IMG/VR virus record: IMGVR_UViG_3300037502_001252
Coordinates: 1-47,983 of that record
DNA: 47,983 nt
Direction: 5' to 3' (one strand)
Source: a virus
Taxonomy: Duplodnaviria > Caudoviricetes
A program made the translations under genes and the position numbers. The notes under the pieces were generated by a model, which saw nothing but the letters and a program-made list of their open reading frames with translations, was not told the origin of the DNA and ran no database searches. Below are positions 11,001-19,770 of the stretch, piece after piece; the first letter of the stretch is position 1, and the number at the start of each line of letters is the position of its first letter.

Positions 11001-14000
11001 AACTGGCAAAACAATTGCCGAGGTATCCGACTGGTCTGTCACAAACGCGCCTAATAGGTTTGCCAAAGCAATTGCCAAAATGGTTAACAAACGTATCAAA
11101 GAGCTTGAAGCCCGTGGCATTAAGTTAAGTTTTGTCATTCACTCTGGCAATACTAGAAAAGTCTGGATGCAAAACGCTAAGGGTTCTGTAAATTTTGATT
11201 ATTCTGCCAACACGCCAGCCAACATAGAGTTAAATCTAAATGGTGCGGCTGTATTAGATAATCAACTTGGCTATCCGTCTGGCATGAACTACACAACCAT
11301 CTTGCATGAGTTGTTACACGTAGCCACCAGTGGCCAACTATTTATGGAGTCTAAGAACGATCCATTAGTTGTTGAATTAAATAATTTACGAAATCAAGTT
11401 GTCAAATATTACAACGAAAGAGCCGCAAAAAAAGACCTTACTCCGTTTATGCAACGGATATATAACCAAGAAATCAATGCCTTACGCAATATTGATGAGT
11501 TAGTTTCTTGGGGATTAACCGATAAAGATATGCAGGAATTCTTGAGCCAAATTAAAGTTGGCGAAAAGACCGCATTTACTAAGTTAGTGCAACTAATTAG
11601 AGAAATTCTTGGCATCAATAAAGAGTATGAAACCGCCCTAGATCGCCTGATCAGGACTTCTGAGTCTGTTCTTAGCGAAGATATCGATGTGATTGGTGAT
11701 CGGATTATATCTAGAGGATATAGTTTTGGTCAGAAACCTACTGGTAAACAGGGGGCATCTGGTCAAGGAACATTGTTCCAAAAGGAAATGAAAGGTACTT
11801 TTGAAGGACTGAGTGACGATGAAAAGAATTTATTGCGTAAACAGTTTGTTCAAGAAGAAGCTACCGTATCTCAGAAGTTTGAGAACCTAAAAGACAACTT
11901 CTTTGAGCGGTTTATTACGGGTGTCTTTGACGAATTCCGGGCAATTAAGAAATACACCACCGAAGGCTATATGATGGCTCGTCTATCGAAGTCCATCGAT
12001 GGCGGATTACAGGGTCTCCTAGAACACGGTCAGGTCTATTTGAAAGACGGAGCTTTAGACATTCGCCCTGGAACGAAGGGATTGTTAGAGATCCTTGAGC
12101 CATTAGGCACTGAGGTGGATCAATATCAGATGTGGAAGGCTCTGAACCGTGATGCACGGATGCCTCCTGATAAGCGGTCATTTGATGACGCTACCATTCA
12201 GTTAAGAGATAAGCTAATCCAAGGCAAGTTAAACGGTAAATCCCGTAAAGAAGTCTATGAGAAGGCTTTACAGGAGGAGAACGAGCTGAACAAGTCCGTC
12301 TTGGATGTGGCGCGGGAGACAGGCTTAATTGATAACGCCGCCTATCAGGTGTTCTCAAACGACATTTACTACATCCCATTCTATAAACAGATGGAAGACG
12401 GTAGCGTAGATGCGGTCAACGCCTCATCTAAGCTAACTGGTCAGTACTTCTCCAAAGCCCTAAAGGGTGGGGAGAAGAAGGTTAATGACCTCATGGAGAA
12501 TGTGCTTCTGAACTGGTCGCACATCTTGTCCGCCTCGATGAAGAATCAGGCAACGACTAAGACGATTGAGTCAGCGGAATCCATGGGAGCCGCGGAGAAG
12601 GTTAAGCCTGTTGATGGCAAGTATCCTCCGAATACTGTTAAGTTTATGGAGAATGGCAAGACCGTTCACTATGCTCTTTCAGACCCAGATCTGGTGGATG
12701 CTATCTCCACAATCTCTTATCTAGGCCCAAAGAGTGCGTTCTTGGATATCGCTAAAGGATTTACCAACGCTCTGCGGTATGGTGTCACCCTATCCCCAGC
12801 CTATAAGATCCGCAACTTAATCCGTGATTCGATGTCCTCTGCCGCGGTGTCAGAGCTAGGCCCGAATATGTTTGAGAATGTCTATAACGGCTTACGGATG
12901 TCCAGCAAAGGCGATCCAACCTTTATGGCAGCATTGGCTGGTGGCGGTATCTTTGAAATGGGAACAGCCCATGAGGGAGATCAGGCTCGTTTAATTAAGC
13001 GTTTAATTGATAAAGGTATTAAAGAGGCTACCATTCTCGACACCCCAGAGAAGATTAAAGGAAAGCTCCAAGACCTCTTAAATTCCTATAATGAATTGGG
13101 TAATCGATTTGAGAACGCCAACCGTCTAGCCCTCTACAAGAAGCTACGGGAGAGCGGTAAATCCCACCTAGAGGCTTCCTTTGCAGCCAGAGATCTCATG
13201 GACTTCTCGATGCAAGGTCAGTTTAGAACGGTCAAAATTATCGCTTCTTTGGTTCCGTTCTTTAACGCCCGTTTACAGGGTCTCTATAAACTTGGCAGAG
13301 ACGGTATCACCCCAACCTATCGTTTAATCTATAACGCCACCACTGGTAAAGAAACCAGCCTGTCTGACAAGCAAAAGGCTCAACGCTTTATGACGATGTC
13401 CAGTGCCATTATGCTGGCTTCCATCCTCCTCTATGGAATCTACAAGGACGATGAAGACTTCCAGAGACGAGAGGGCTGGGATCGGGATAACTTCTGGTGG
13501 TTCAAGATTGGCGATGTGGCATTCCGCATTCCTAAGCCATTTGAGATTGGTGCGTTGGGAACGATTGCCGAGAGAACCTATGAGCAGTTGGCTGACGAAG
13601 GCGTAGAGGGTAAGGTCTTTGCAGAACGCTTAAATCATATCCTGATGGATACCTTCTCGCTGAACCCAATGCCACAGATGATTAAGCCTCTGATTGACAT
13701 CTATGCCAATAAAGACAGCTTTACCGGGGCGCCGATTGAGTCCGCTGGTATGGAAAGACTGTCTAAGCAAGAGCGTATGACCAATAAGACTAGCGGTGTA
13801 GCCGTTGCTTTAGGTGGCATATCCGAAGGAGCCGCTAAGATCTTGACCTTTAATCCAGACGCTCAAGGTATTTCGCCAATCCAGATGGATTACTTTATTA
13901 AGGCATACCTTGGCTGGATGGGTGCTACGGCAGTATCCACCGCAGACTTGGCGGTAGAGCCATTCAAAGAAGGCACACGGGTTCGTAAACCTGTGATTGA

Positions 14001-14355
14001 TACCTTGGCTATGGGATTCATTAAGACCGAGCCAGAGCTTCAATCTAAGTATATGACTCAGTTCTACGAGAATAACGCCAAACTACAGTCTGCCTTAGCA
14101 GATATGCGCCATTATGCCGAGTTGGGCGATATGGAGAAGGTGACCAAGATTCTAGAAGAGAAGGGCGATAAGATTGCCCTATCCAAGGTCTACGATAAAG
14201 CCACCAAACAGTTGGCTGAGTTACGGAAACAAAGCCGTATTATTGAGAACAGTAAAGACCTTAGCACTGAAGACAAACGAGCTGAGATGAATCGTCTAAA
14301 GATCCTAATGTCAGATATTGCTAGACAGATGGAAGAGATTCGGAAGTCTAGGTAA
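8074..14355 (+). CDS. Large polyvalent/ejection protein with zincin-like HExxH module and LPD38-like C-terminal domain
   Basis: 2093 aa; ILHELLH followed by DELVSWGLT; C-terminal WDRDNFWW..IPKPFEIG..NKDSFTGAPIE typical of LPD38. Confidence 0.75.
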   Translation: MPYEIQLPDGTIVGDIPDDLDPSAAKAQILKAYPELALGEKRTWGEAAKDVAASLGVGVGSLLQVPGQVAGLVTRKVDETTGLQGAGKRLETFAEQAKSPVLRAKEAARSQQIAQAEGLLDEAGTAIGATLKDPSLLGSFIFEQVPNLIGTMGGGLLTRGVVKVAMKNATDDVFAKAGVRGAIGTGATMQGADIGTATYENVYNELISQGVDEQTATREALSRGRMAAVQAAAITLGTSYGAGATIERALTRGMAGVPKTGIIRGTLGETLSEAVEEGGGQLVSNIQLQGVAPETDVFKGVGAAAGLGAVGGALFGLPASFVNKANAVELEKAKAQLEEAKRKAAETLQPQTVNLAIGYDPTVEGSGVYTPIIVNPDGTTIFPSERNQFAPTATSELSEKGFREKYGIRSPEQIKDMTFDADRIRSFGISPKANLYKNKDVLGADIAKPEEAAKVKEALEDYLKKYPKANPTIRKNIEDYLARPEFQPLPVSETATEITEATTTPEADAKAIRDRMVEGFKNRPEIKKIYDEYDQFMQARDVDKAALSAFNTVVSPEVLKNLGINPVASIYQDAEVVNADLSVPENADRVRAKLMAFKEQSKSQRVKDNIDTYLNRAEFLTPQYVYDILNPPIEEGKEAGQEQFVFIDPAGNIQSHYGNIVKRGNKRFAKYKGGERELTEDVLVNPNPTQVEILDLYKRKEKLMKEPDEFKKWLMGFGIDPSERADIGVDKRVPNRLFRRGGFYLDDLLKIALEQDILSVADIDITQPDGGVQDFRDLIRTSLDGGFVPTPNNVRVMADLESIQNNIEYLENELKGAPEEAIAEEFRGEKTTEEKPPAPPKEVEEEAPSEEVKPPTATTTTEEIPLYEYSEGINTAMMDAIPNLNITSQAAIDTLIANDLVKQDPDGRLHLLPKGNALLAEIRAFSKLSDKAKTIEAQKALFAKYIPPEGKGTLESREGGKPSKISKAEQKLEQELTGKTIAEVSDWSVTNAPNRFAKAIAKMVNKRIKELEARGIKLSFVIHSGNTRKVWMQNAKGSVNFDYSANTPANIELNLNGAAVLDNQLGYPSGMNYTTILHELLHVATSGQLFMESKNDPLVVELNNLRNQVVKYYNERAAKKDLTPFMQRIYNQEINALRNIDELVSWGLTDKDMQEFLSQIKVGEKTAFTKLVQLIREILGINKEYETALDRLIRTSESVLSEDIDVIGDRIISRGYSFGQKPTGKQGASGQGTLFQKEMKGTFEGLSDDEKNLLRKQFVQEEATVSQKFENLKDNFFERFITGVFDEFRAIKKYTTEGYMMARLSKSIDGGLQGLLEHGQVYLKDGALDIRPGTKGLLEILEPLGTEVDQYQMWKALNRDARMPPDKRSFDDATIQLRDKLIQGKLNGKSRKEVYEKALQEENELNKSVLDVARETGLIDNAAYQVFSNDIYYIPFYKQMEDGSVDAVNASSKLTGQYFSKALKGGEKKVNDLMENVLLNWSHILSASMKNQATTKTIESAESMGAAEKVKPVDGKYPPNTVKFMENGKTVHYALSDPDLVDAISTISYLGPKSAFLDIAKGFTNALRYGVTLSPAYKIRNLIRDSMSSAAVSELGPNMFENVYNGLRMSSKGDPTFMAALAGGGIFEMGTAHEGDQARLIKRLIDKGIKEATILDTPEKIKGKLQDLLNSYNELGNRFENANRLALYKKLRESGKSHLEASFAARDLMDFSMQGQFRTVKIIASLVPFFNARLQGLYKLGRDGITPTYRLIYNATTGKETSLSDKQKAQRFMTMSSAIMLASILLYGIYKDDEDFQRREGWDRDNFWWFKIGDVAFRIPKPFEIGALGTIAERTYEQLADEGVEGKVFAERLNHILMDTFSLNPMPQMIKPLIDIYANKDSFTGAPIESAGMERLSKQERMTNKTSGVAVALGGISEGAAKILTFNPDAQGISPIQMDYFIKAYLGWMGATAVSTADLAVEPFKEGTRVRKPVIDTLAMGFIKTEPELQSKYMTQFYENNAKLQSALADMRHYAELGDMEKVTKILEEKGDKIALSKVYDKATKQLAELRKQSRIIENSKDLSTEDKRAEMNRLKILMSDIARQMEEIRKSR

Positions 14356-14635
14356 CGGTTAGGTGGTCGTTCTCAAATAGCCAGGCAATCGTTTTGCGGT
14401 GGGCAGATTCCCACAGCTCTACCCGTTCTTCCTTGCTCATCTGGTAGCCTTGATCTAATTGGCTATGGCATCGGAAACACAACGCAGCAATCCTGTAATC
14501 GTGAGCCTTGAGTGATCGACCCTTGCCATCACGGAGTTGATTTGAGTGCGCCGCACAAATAGTGCCGTCTTGTTTCCCACAATTCTGGCAGGGAGAGCGT
14601 CTTACTATTTCTAGTAATTGTTTATTTCTATACAT
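14348..14635 (-). CDS. DUF1364-like Zn-binding putative nuclease
   Basis: CQNC...AAHSN..GKG...D..IAALCFRCH pattern. Confidence 0.7.
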   Translation of the reverse strand: MYRNKQLLEIVRRSPCQNCGKQDGTICAAHSNQLRDGKGRSLKAHDYRIAALCFRCHSQLDQGYQMSKEERVELWESAHRKTIAWLFENDHLTVT

Positions 14636-14638
14636 GGG

Positions 14639-14833
14639 TCAACATCTGCCGTCCATGAGATTATCAATTTCTCGTTTAAGTCTCTTATTTTCTTCCTGAA
14701 GTTTTCGTATTTCTTCAGCCGCCAGTTCTAGTTGTTGCAGTAACTTTGTCTCACGAGACTCCTGCTCGATGTAGTCACCCAAAGTTTTAACACTAGATCC
14801 GCTATCTACAATATGTGGGGGTGATGCGTTCAT
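14639..14833 (-). CDS. Hypothetical coiled-coil protein
   Basis: 64 aa, ATGA overlap with upstream gene. Confidence 0.6.
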   Translation of the reverse strand: MNASPPHIVDSGSSVKTLGDYIEQESRETKLLQQLELAAEEIRKLQEENKRLKREIDNLMDGRC

Positions 14834-15039
14834 TTCTCACTCGCTTTCTTTAATTTTCTTCTTCGTTGTGCCGTAGCCCTGTTGTTTCTTTGCACAGCCA
14901 TAGCAAGTTCATTAGTTTTTTTATCGTAAACCCAAACAACATCGTGGACTAATCCACAATCACAACAAGCCAGTCGATACAGTTCTTCCAAAGGCACAAC
15001 AAATCCTTCTCCGTCAGTTCTTTGAATATATCGAGTCAT
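14830..15039 (-). CDS. Hypothetical protein with CCDCGLVH motif, ends in shared KKASEK block
   Basis: 69 aa, ATGA overlaps on both sides. Confidence 0.7.
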   Translation of the reverse strand: MTRYIQRTDGEGFVVPLEELYRLACCDCGLVHDVVWVYDKKTNELAMAVQRNNRATAQRRRKLKKASEK

Positions 15040-15389
15040 TTCTCACTCGCTTTCCTTAGTATTGCTCTGCCAAAATCCACTACATCCAAACCATCAGCAC
15101 CAGTAAATTCTTCGGCAATTAGACTAATTTCAACATCACTTAACTCTTTTATTTGTGGTGTTTTTAGCAATTCTTCTTCCAGTTCATCAACATTTTTTGA
15201 CAACTCCGCTATGCGGTTGTTTTGTTTGACAAGTAAAGCGGTCTGTTCTCTTATCAACTCTTGTTTTCTTTCTATGCGGTCTGCTTGTTGACGTAGCATA
15301 TCTTTAACTTCCTTGCAGTAATCACGATTGTTATTTGGGTTCATCCAAACATAGTTTTCTAATTCATCTGCTAATTCGTATGCGTTCAT
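15036..15389 (-). CDS. Hypothetical protein, MNAYELADEL...KASEK family, copy 1
   Basis: 117 aa; paralog at 19462..19770. Confidence 0.8.
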   Translation of the reverse strand: MNAYELADELENYVWMNPNNNRDYCKEVKDMLRQQADRIERKQELIREQTALLVKQNNRIAELSKNVDELEEELLKTPQIKELSDVEISLIAEEFTGADGLDVVDFGRAILRKASEK

Positions 15390-15559
15390 TTCTTAATCTT
15401 CTCCCATATAGCGGGTATCGGCATACCTTTAATATGCTCCCACCCAATATAGACACAGGCAAACATAATGAACAAGAAGAACCCAAACACCGCCATGAAT
15501 ATGATGATGGCGAACGTAGCCACAAATAAAATTAGTAAGTTAATAATTGTTCCAAACAC
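15386..15559 (-). CDS. Small membrane protein (57 aa, not in ORF track)
   Basis: Manual translation from GTG: MFGTIINLLILFVATFAIIIFMAVFGFFLFIMFACVYIGWEHIKGMPIPAIWEKIKK; overlaps both neighbours. Confidence 0.65.
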   Translation of the reverse strand: MFGTIINLLILFVATFAIIIFMAVFGFFLFIMFACVYIGWEHIKGMPIPAIWEKIKK

Positions 15560-15852
15560 TATCTTCTCCTAATGTCAAAGTTGGTCGCTGGATAACGCTT
15601 TGTATCCCCAGTATCGTGCCATATAACGGTGACAGTTTCACTCCCATCCTCGATAGCCCAGCACCCATCACCAGTAATTCCAGTAGTGGTATAGAAGTAA
15701 GACTTGTATAAGTTCGTATAGTTTTTACCTCGGTATACACAAGCCTCATCAGTCAAAACAATCTTACCGCCAGCCTGGTTGGGCATAGAGGCAACTACCC
15801 CACCCAGTGCGATGGTCGGGCAAAGCAAAAGTAATGCAACAAGGTTCTTCAC
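15559..15852 (-). CDS. Hypothetical exported protein
   Basis: Signal-peptide-like N-terminus; GAGGAG RBS. Confidence 0.7.
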   Translation of the reverse strand: MKNLVALLLLCPTIALGGVVASMPNQAGGKIVLTDEACVYRGKNYTNLYKSYFYTTTGITGDGCWAIEDGSETVTVIWHDTGDTKRYPATNFDIRRR

Positions 15853-15870
15853 AGTAATTTTCTCCTCAAA

Positions 15871-16299
15871 TTATTTAACAACTGTCCATTGATTATTGCG
15901 GTTTAAACTCTTCTCTCGATCATCTGACCAATTTTTTTGGGTTGCTCTTCGATCTGCAATTCTGTGTGCATTTCTAGCGTGGTCGTAATATTTGTGCGAT
16001 CGAGACCCTTTGGAAGTCAGCGAATCTTCTTTGCTCTTAGCTAACCAATCTAACAGCTCAACATGGCGTTCTTTCGGTAATGCGAATAACTTATCACTTA
16101 GGATTGGCATATAAGTAGCCACCCAGACCCGAACACCCTCTTTATTCCACATATTTTTAGTTCTTTTTAATCCAAGCTCAAGTGGTGGTTTGCCAAACTC
16201 GTCAATGCTCCAATAATATAAATGCCCACAATTTTTAAAGTCTTGCCAAGCTTTAATAATCATTGCATCCCAAAATCGTTGGCTAATTTCCCTCATCAT
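15871..16299 (-). CDS. Hypothetical protein
   Basis: 142-aa ORF, coupled to upstream gene. Confidence 0.65.
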   Translation of the reverse strand: MMREISQRFWDAMIIKAWQDFKNCGHLYYWSIDEFGKPPLELGLKRTKNMWNKEGVRVWVATYMPILSDKLFALPKERHVELLDWLAKSKEDSLTSKGSRSHKYYDHARNAHRIADRRATQKNWSDDREKSLNRNNQWTVVK

Positions 16300-16643
16300 T
16301 CGTCTCCACTGGACGCATAACCTTTAACCTTCATCAGTCTATTTTCAAGGTTATCAGGCTTGGCAAATCGTTTTAAATGGAGTTGATCCGAAGTCAGGCA
16401 TTTACCTCCCTGAATCTTAAATAAAGTACCCGTAATAGCGTCCATTAAAAAGACTCGTTTATACATATCCGTATCAATAATGACTGGCGTTAGCACCCTC
16501 TCAACCCCGCTCACATCACCAAGGTAGAGTTCTTTGTCCTTCAACCAATCCCGCTTGGATGATGCCTTAGGCCCGATTGGAAAGCATTCATTAGCCTTTG
16601 CCATCATGCCATCTATTGATTTAGAGATAAAAGTAGGGTTCAT
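16296..16643 (-). CDS. Hypothetical protein
   Basis: 115-aa ORF in operon; MDAITGTLF motif. Confidence 0.65.
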   Translation of the reverse strand: MNPTFISKSIDGMMAKANECFPIGPKASSKRDWLKDKELYLGDVSGVERVLTPVIIDTDMYKRVFLMDAITGTLFKIQGGKCLTSDQLHLKRFAKPDNLENRLMKVKGYASSGDE

Positions 16644-16644
16644 A

Positions 16645-16845
16645 TCAGTTCTTTCTTGAGCTTGCGTATTTACGGGTACTGGCTTTTTCTAAACACTCAA
16701 AGCATTTAAATCTTTTAATTTTTCTATTGGCGGTCTGAACAATCTTGCCTTTCTCAAAAGACTTATAGTTCATACAAGAAGAGCAATACTTCTTTTCTGC
16801 CTCATCGACTTCTACATATCCCGCAAACGGAATGGGTTCTTTCAT
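16645..16845 (-). CDS. Small Zn-ribbon protein
   Basis: CSSC...CFEC. Confidence 0.65.
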   Translation of the reverse strand: MKEPIPFAGYVEVDEAEKKYCSSCMNYKSFEKGKIVQTANRKIKRFKCFECLEKASTRKYASSRKN

Positions 16846-17027
16846 TTTCTAGTTTTCCTTTTAATTGCAACAATTCCACCCTCCAATGGCTCCTGCATCA
16901 TCTGTTTAGCTATGGCTTTAGAACGGCTTGGGATCTCTTCTGGAGAATAATCTCCGTTTACGATGAAACCAATCATTGCAAACCCAGCATATAACGCCTC
17001 TAGATATTCCTTATCCTGATCGGTCAT
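16842..17027 (-). CDS. Hypothetical protein
   Basis: 61 aa, ATGA overlaps. Confidence 0.65.
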   Translation of the reverse strand: MTDQDKEYLEALYAGFAMIGFIVNGDYSPEEIPSRSKAIAKQMMQEPLEGGIVAIKRKTRK

Positions 17028-17242
17028 TGGAGTTCTTTCATTTGTTCTTTTTTGTCATGGTCAAATAAGGTTTCGCAATTAGCTAAAAAGATCTTCTTGC
17101 TCATACCCATGTTATTGGCTGATACACAGGCTACATATAACGCAGCCGCAAAGGAGTTGACATACTCAGCCTCCTCCTCAACCAATACTTTCTCAATTTC
17201 ACGGACGAGCCGTAGAACGGTTTCTTGGTTCATTTTTGGCAT
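17024..17242 (-). CDS. Hypothetical protein (start may be 17233)
   Basis: Operon position. Confidence 0.6.
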   Translation of the reverse strand: MPKMNQETVLRLVREIEKVLVEEEAEYVNSFAAALYVACVSANNMGMSKKIFLANCETLFDHDKKEQMKELQ

Positions 17243-17520
17243 TTTGGTTCGTGTCTCAAGATTTCAATCTGTTTGGTCAAAATATCGGACAATGTTTTGC
17301 CACGGATAGATATCAAACCAGCCTCTGGATTGTCTTTAATAATCCCGCAGGCATCCTTTAAGCCCTTGTTATAACCGCTGGAATACTCATCGGTCTTATC
17401 CAATGCCATGATCAACGCATCACGAATAAAGCTAGATGCTTTGCGTTGCTTCGCCATCGACTTGAGCTTCTTGATGTGTGCCTCTGGAAGATACAGCGAA
17501 TAGGGTATTAGTTTTTCCAT
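17230..17520 (-). CDS. Putative ribbon-helix-helix DNA-binding protein
   Basis: YSLYLPEAHIKKLKSMAKQRKASSFIRDAL fits a strand-helix-helix RHH pattern. Confidence 0.55.
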   Translation of the reverse strand: MEKLIPYSLYLPEAHIKKLKSMAKQRKASSFIRDALIMALDKTDEYSSGYNKGLKDACGIIKDNPEAGLISIRGKTLSDILTKQIEILRHEPKCQK

Positions 17521-17924
17521 TTTTTATACTCTTCAGTTAATTGTTCAAAAAGATATTGCGCCTTTTCGTTTGTCTTGAGTTCAGCTCTGGACGCAACATT
17601 TAGATAACTACATAGCCAATCCACTGCAACCTCTTCTTTACGCTCAAAAATGTAGCTTTGATCGTGTAAAAAATCCCAGAACTTAGCATCCCGGCATAAC
17701 ATACCAGCCTGTTTGACTAGCCTGGCACCAGCGTATTCCTCAGCCCTGACCATAGGGACTTCGGTATCAGCTAGTCTAACCATGACCACCATATACCGCG
17801 CCCCTACAAAGTCTCTGAGAATCTCCTCTGGGATCTCGTCTGGATGGATGGCAAGGTTTAACACATGACCATCTTTCGTCTGCTTCAAGGCTATTTTCTT
17901 AGCTTCAAATTGACTGGTTTCCAT
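17508..17924 (-). CDS. Hypothetical phage protein
   Basis: Start reassigned to ATG overlapping upstream TGA; AGMLCRD..F and SRAELK motifs. Confidence 0.65.
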   Translation of the reverse strand: METSQFEAKKIALKQTKDGHVLNLAIHPDEIPEEILRDFVGARYMVVMVRLADTEVPMVRAEEYAGARLVKQAGMLCRDAKFWDFLHDQSYIFERKEEVAVDWLCSYLNVASRAELKTNEKAQYLFEQLTEEYKKWKN

Positions 17925-18196
17925 CAGATTTCCCACTCGTCCTTATCGTTAGGAGCTGGCTTAGATTCTTCTTTCTTGACATAGGTATCCACCGCTAAAG
18001 AGATAAACCGATTGCCAGTCTTAGGAGATTCCTTTTTCCAGCCACCCAACTTAATCTCAATGCCGTCCCCATCGTGTTGCTCCATTAGGAACTTGAGGTA
18101 GGAGCGATCCACCTTGATAGAGCCAAAGTAGTCAGGGGATTTGTCTGTCTTACGAACAGGAGAGACGAATAAACCACCAGTATTTAAATATTCCAT
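17924..18196 (-). CDS. Small putative ssDNA-binding protein
   Basis: G.LF...K...SPDY.G.I...GW.K...G.RFISL, acidic tail; directly downstream of ERF. Confidence 0.6.
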   Translation of the reverse strand: MEYLNTGGLFVSPVRKTDKSPDYFGSIKVDRSYLKFLMEQHDGDGIEIKLGGWKKESPKTGNRFISLAVDTYVKKEESKPAPNDKDEWEI

Positions 18197-18197
18197 G

Positions 18198-18878
18198 CTA
18201 TGCCTTTATTAATGATTTTTTGGTTGAAGAAAACTTTTCCATGATCTTTGAGTAAGCGGTCTCATCAAGAGACTTTGCCTTGTCAAATATGGATCGATTG
18301 GTTTTGAAGATAGTGGCGACATCGTCCACGCTGGTTGCCAACTGTAAGAGAGCATCGCATCCAGCTCCAAGAGTATCCATCCACGCCCCGATATCTTCGT
18401 TGTCGGCTAAGGAAATCTGCCATGGGCCATTGGTTGGCTTGGGCTTGGCTACTGGTTTAGCCTCAACGATTGGCTTTGGCTCAGGCTTCCTAGTTGGTTC
18501 GTCTTTACCCAAAGTGGCATCCAATGCGTCATGCTCTACGATCTCAAAGGCATTAGTCCATAGATACCTACGCAGGTAGGTCTGCACCGCACCCAAGTTT
18601 TGAACATCATGGCAACCTTTTAAGGCAGCCGAACTCATCGGTGAGGTAAACATAATGGATGTACCGTCCTCGACATCGTTGATCTGCAAGAAAGCCATTT
18701 CGTGGTTAAACGATACAACCCCACACAAACCAACATCGTTACAGATCGTTTGGATGGTTGGCAGAAAGTCTCCCAGCTCAAAGTAATCGTATCCAGCAAA
18801 CTTATTCTTACCAGACTTGGTGAGTTTCTTTCCTTGTAGGGCAATACGGGCTTGTTGTAGTTTTTTATATACGCTCAT
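18198..18878 (-). CDS. erf: ERF-family single-strand annealing recombinase
   Basis: KSGKNKFAGYDYFELGDFLP and Q.LGAVQTYLRRY.W..AFEIVE.D; start reassigned to MSVYKKL. Confidence 0.85.
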   Translation of the reverse strand: MSVYKKLQQARIALQGKKLTKSGKNKFAGYDYFELGDFLPTIQTICNDVGLCGVVSFNHEMAFLQINDVEDGTSIMFTSPMSSAALKGCHDVQNLGAVQTYLRRYLWTNAFEIVEHDALDATLGKDEPTRKPEPKPIVEAKPVAKPKPTNGPWQISLADNEDIGAWMDTLGAGCDALLQLATSVDDVATIFKTNRSIFDKAKSLDETAYSKIMEKFSSTKKSLIKA

Positions 18879-19030
18879 GCTATTTTCTCTAAATAAAGGT
18901 GAGTTAAAGTTTTTGCCATTGTGTAAATCTTCCAAGCTTCTTCAGAAATATCTTTCTGAGGGTCGGCATATGATGGGTTGGATGACAAAGCCAACATAAA
19001 TTTCAAGGTCAATTCCTGTGATGTTTCCAT
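18875..19030 (-). CDS. Hypothetical protein (51 aa, not in ORF track)
   Basis: Manual translation METSQELTLKFMLALSSNP...LYLEKIA; AAGGA RBS, ATGA overlap with erf. Confidence 0.6.
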   Translation of the reverse strand: METSQELTLKFMLALSSNPSYADPQKDISEEAWKIYTMAKTLTHLYLEKIA

Positions 19031-19031
19031 G

Positions 19032-19241
19032 CTATTCCTTTATATTTAGTTCAATTAATTTACTAAGGTAGTGCTGTGCTTTCCGTAGATCCTCTATGCC
19101 ACCTTTTTGCTTCCACCGTGATACATACTTAATTACATTACCTTCAAAATAACCAATTTCATTGGCCGCAATATAGTCCCAAGTCTGGATTCCCTGCTTG
19201 GTGTAATGGCTACCGCCAACTTGTATATCGTTTGCACTCAT
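19032..19241 (-). CDS. DUF3310 (SaV-like) protein
   Basis: QVGGSHY..IQ.WDYI..GYFEGNVIKYVSRW..KGG.EDL.KA.HYL. Confidence 0.88.
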   Translation of the reverse strand: MSANDIQVGGSHYTKQGIQTWDYIAANEIGYFEGNVIKYVSRWKQKGGIEDLRKAQHYLSKLIELNIKE

Positions 19242-19465
19242 GACATCCCCTTGATACAGACGATTAATAAGACAAAAAAACTAAACGACAATAGAATCTT
19301 TTGAATCCAATACTGTCGGTTCAATACAGATGGATCGTGAATTAAATACTTCTGAATCTCCAACATATCGGGATCCTCTTCGATGTATTTTTTCCTGAGC
19401 GGATTTAAATAATGCTCAGATCCAATCTTGATTTTTCCGTTGTTGTAGTAGTTAGCATCTATCAT
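19238..19465 (-). CDS. Hypothetical protein with C-terminal TM helix
   Basis: Hydrophobic ILLSFSFFVLLIVCI. Confidence 0.65.
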   Translation of the reverse strand: MIDANYYNNGKIKIGSEHYLNPLRKKYIEEDPDMLEIQKYLIHDPSVLNRQYWIQKILLSFSFFVLLIVCIKGMS

Positions 19466-19770
19466 TTCTCACTCGCTTTCTTTAATATTGCTTTAGCAAA
19501 ATCAGGAACACTTGTTTCATATAGCCAATCATTTAGTCCATGATATTCCGCTAATTTGTATATTTCCTCATCACTTAACTCTTTTATTTGTGGTGTTTTA
19601 TAAAACAACTCAACATGAGTTTCACAGTTAGGGCAAGTGTAGTTAATTGAATGAGTTTCTTTTTCCAACTCCGATATGCGGTCTGCTTGTTGGCGAAGCA
19701 TATTAGCGGCATCTTCACAATAAAGACCATGTAAGTCTTGCAATTCATCTGCTAATTCGTATGCGTTCAT
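19462..19770 (-). CDS. Hypothetical protein, MNAYELADEL...KASEK family, copy 2 (CPNC insert)
   Basis: Start reassigned to ATGA overlap; paralog at 15036..15389. Confidence 0.8.
   Translation of the reverse strand: MNAYELADELQDLHGLYCEDAANMLRQQADRISELEKETHSINYTCPNCETHVELFYKTPQIKELSDEEIYKLAEYHGLNDWLYETSVPDFAKAILKKASEK

Noticed and set aside
461-14043. Many short antisense and alternative-frame ORFs inside structural genes
   Set aside because: Shadow ORFs with no RBS or motifs, fully nested in well-supported genes
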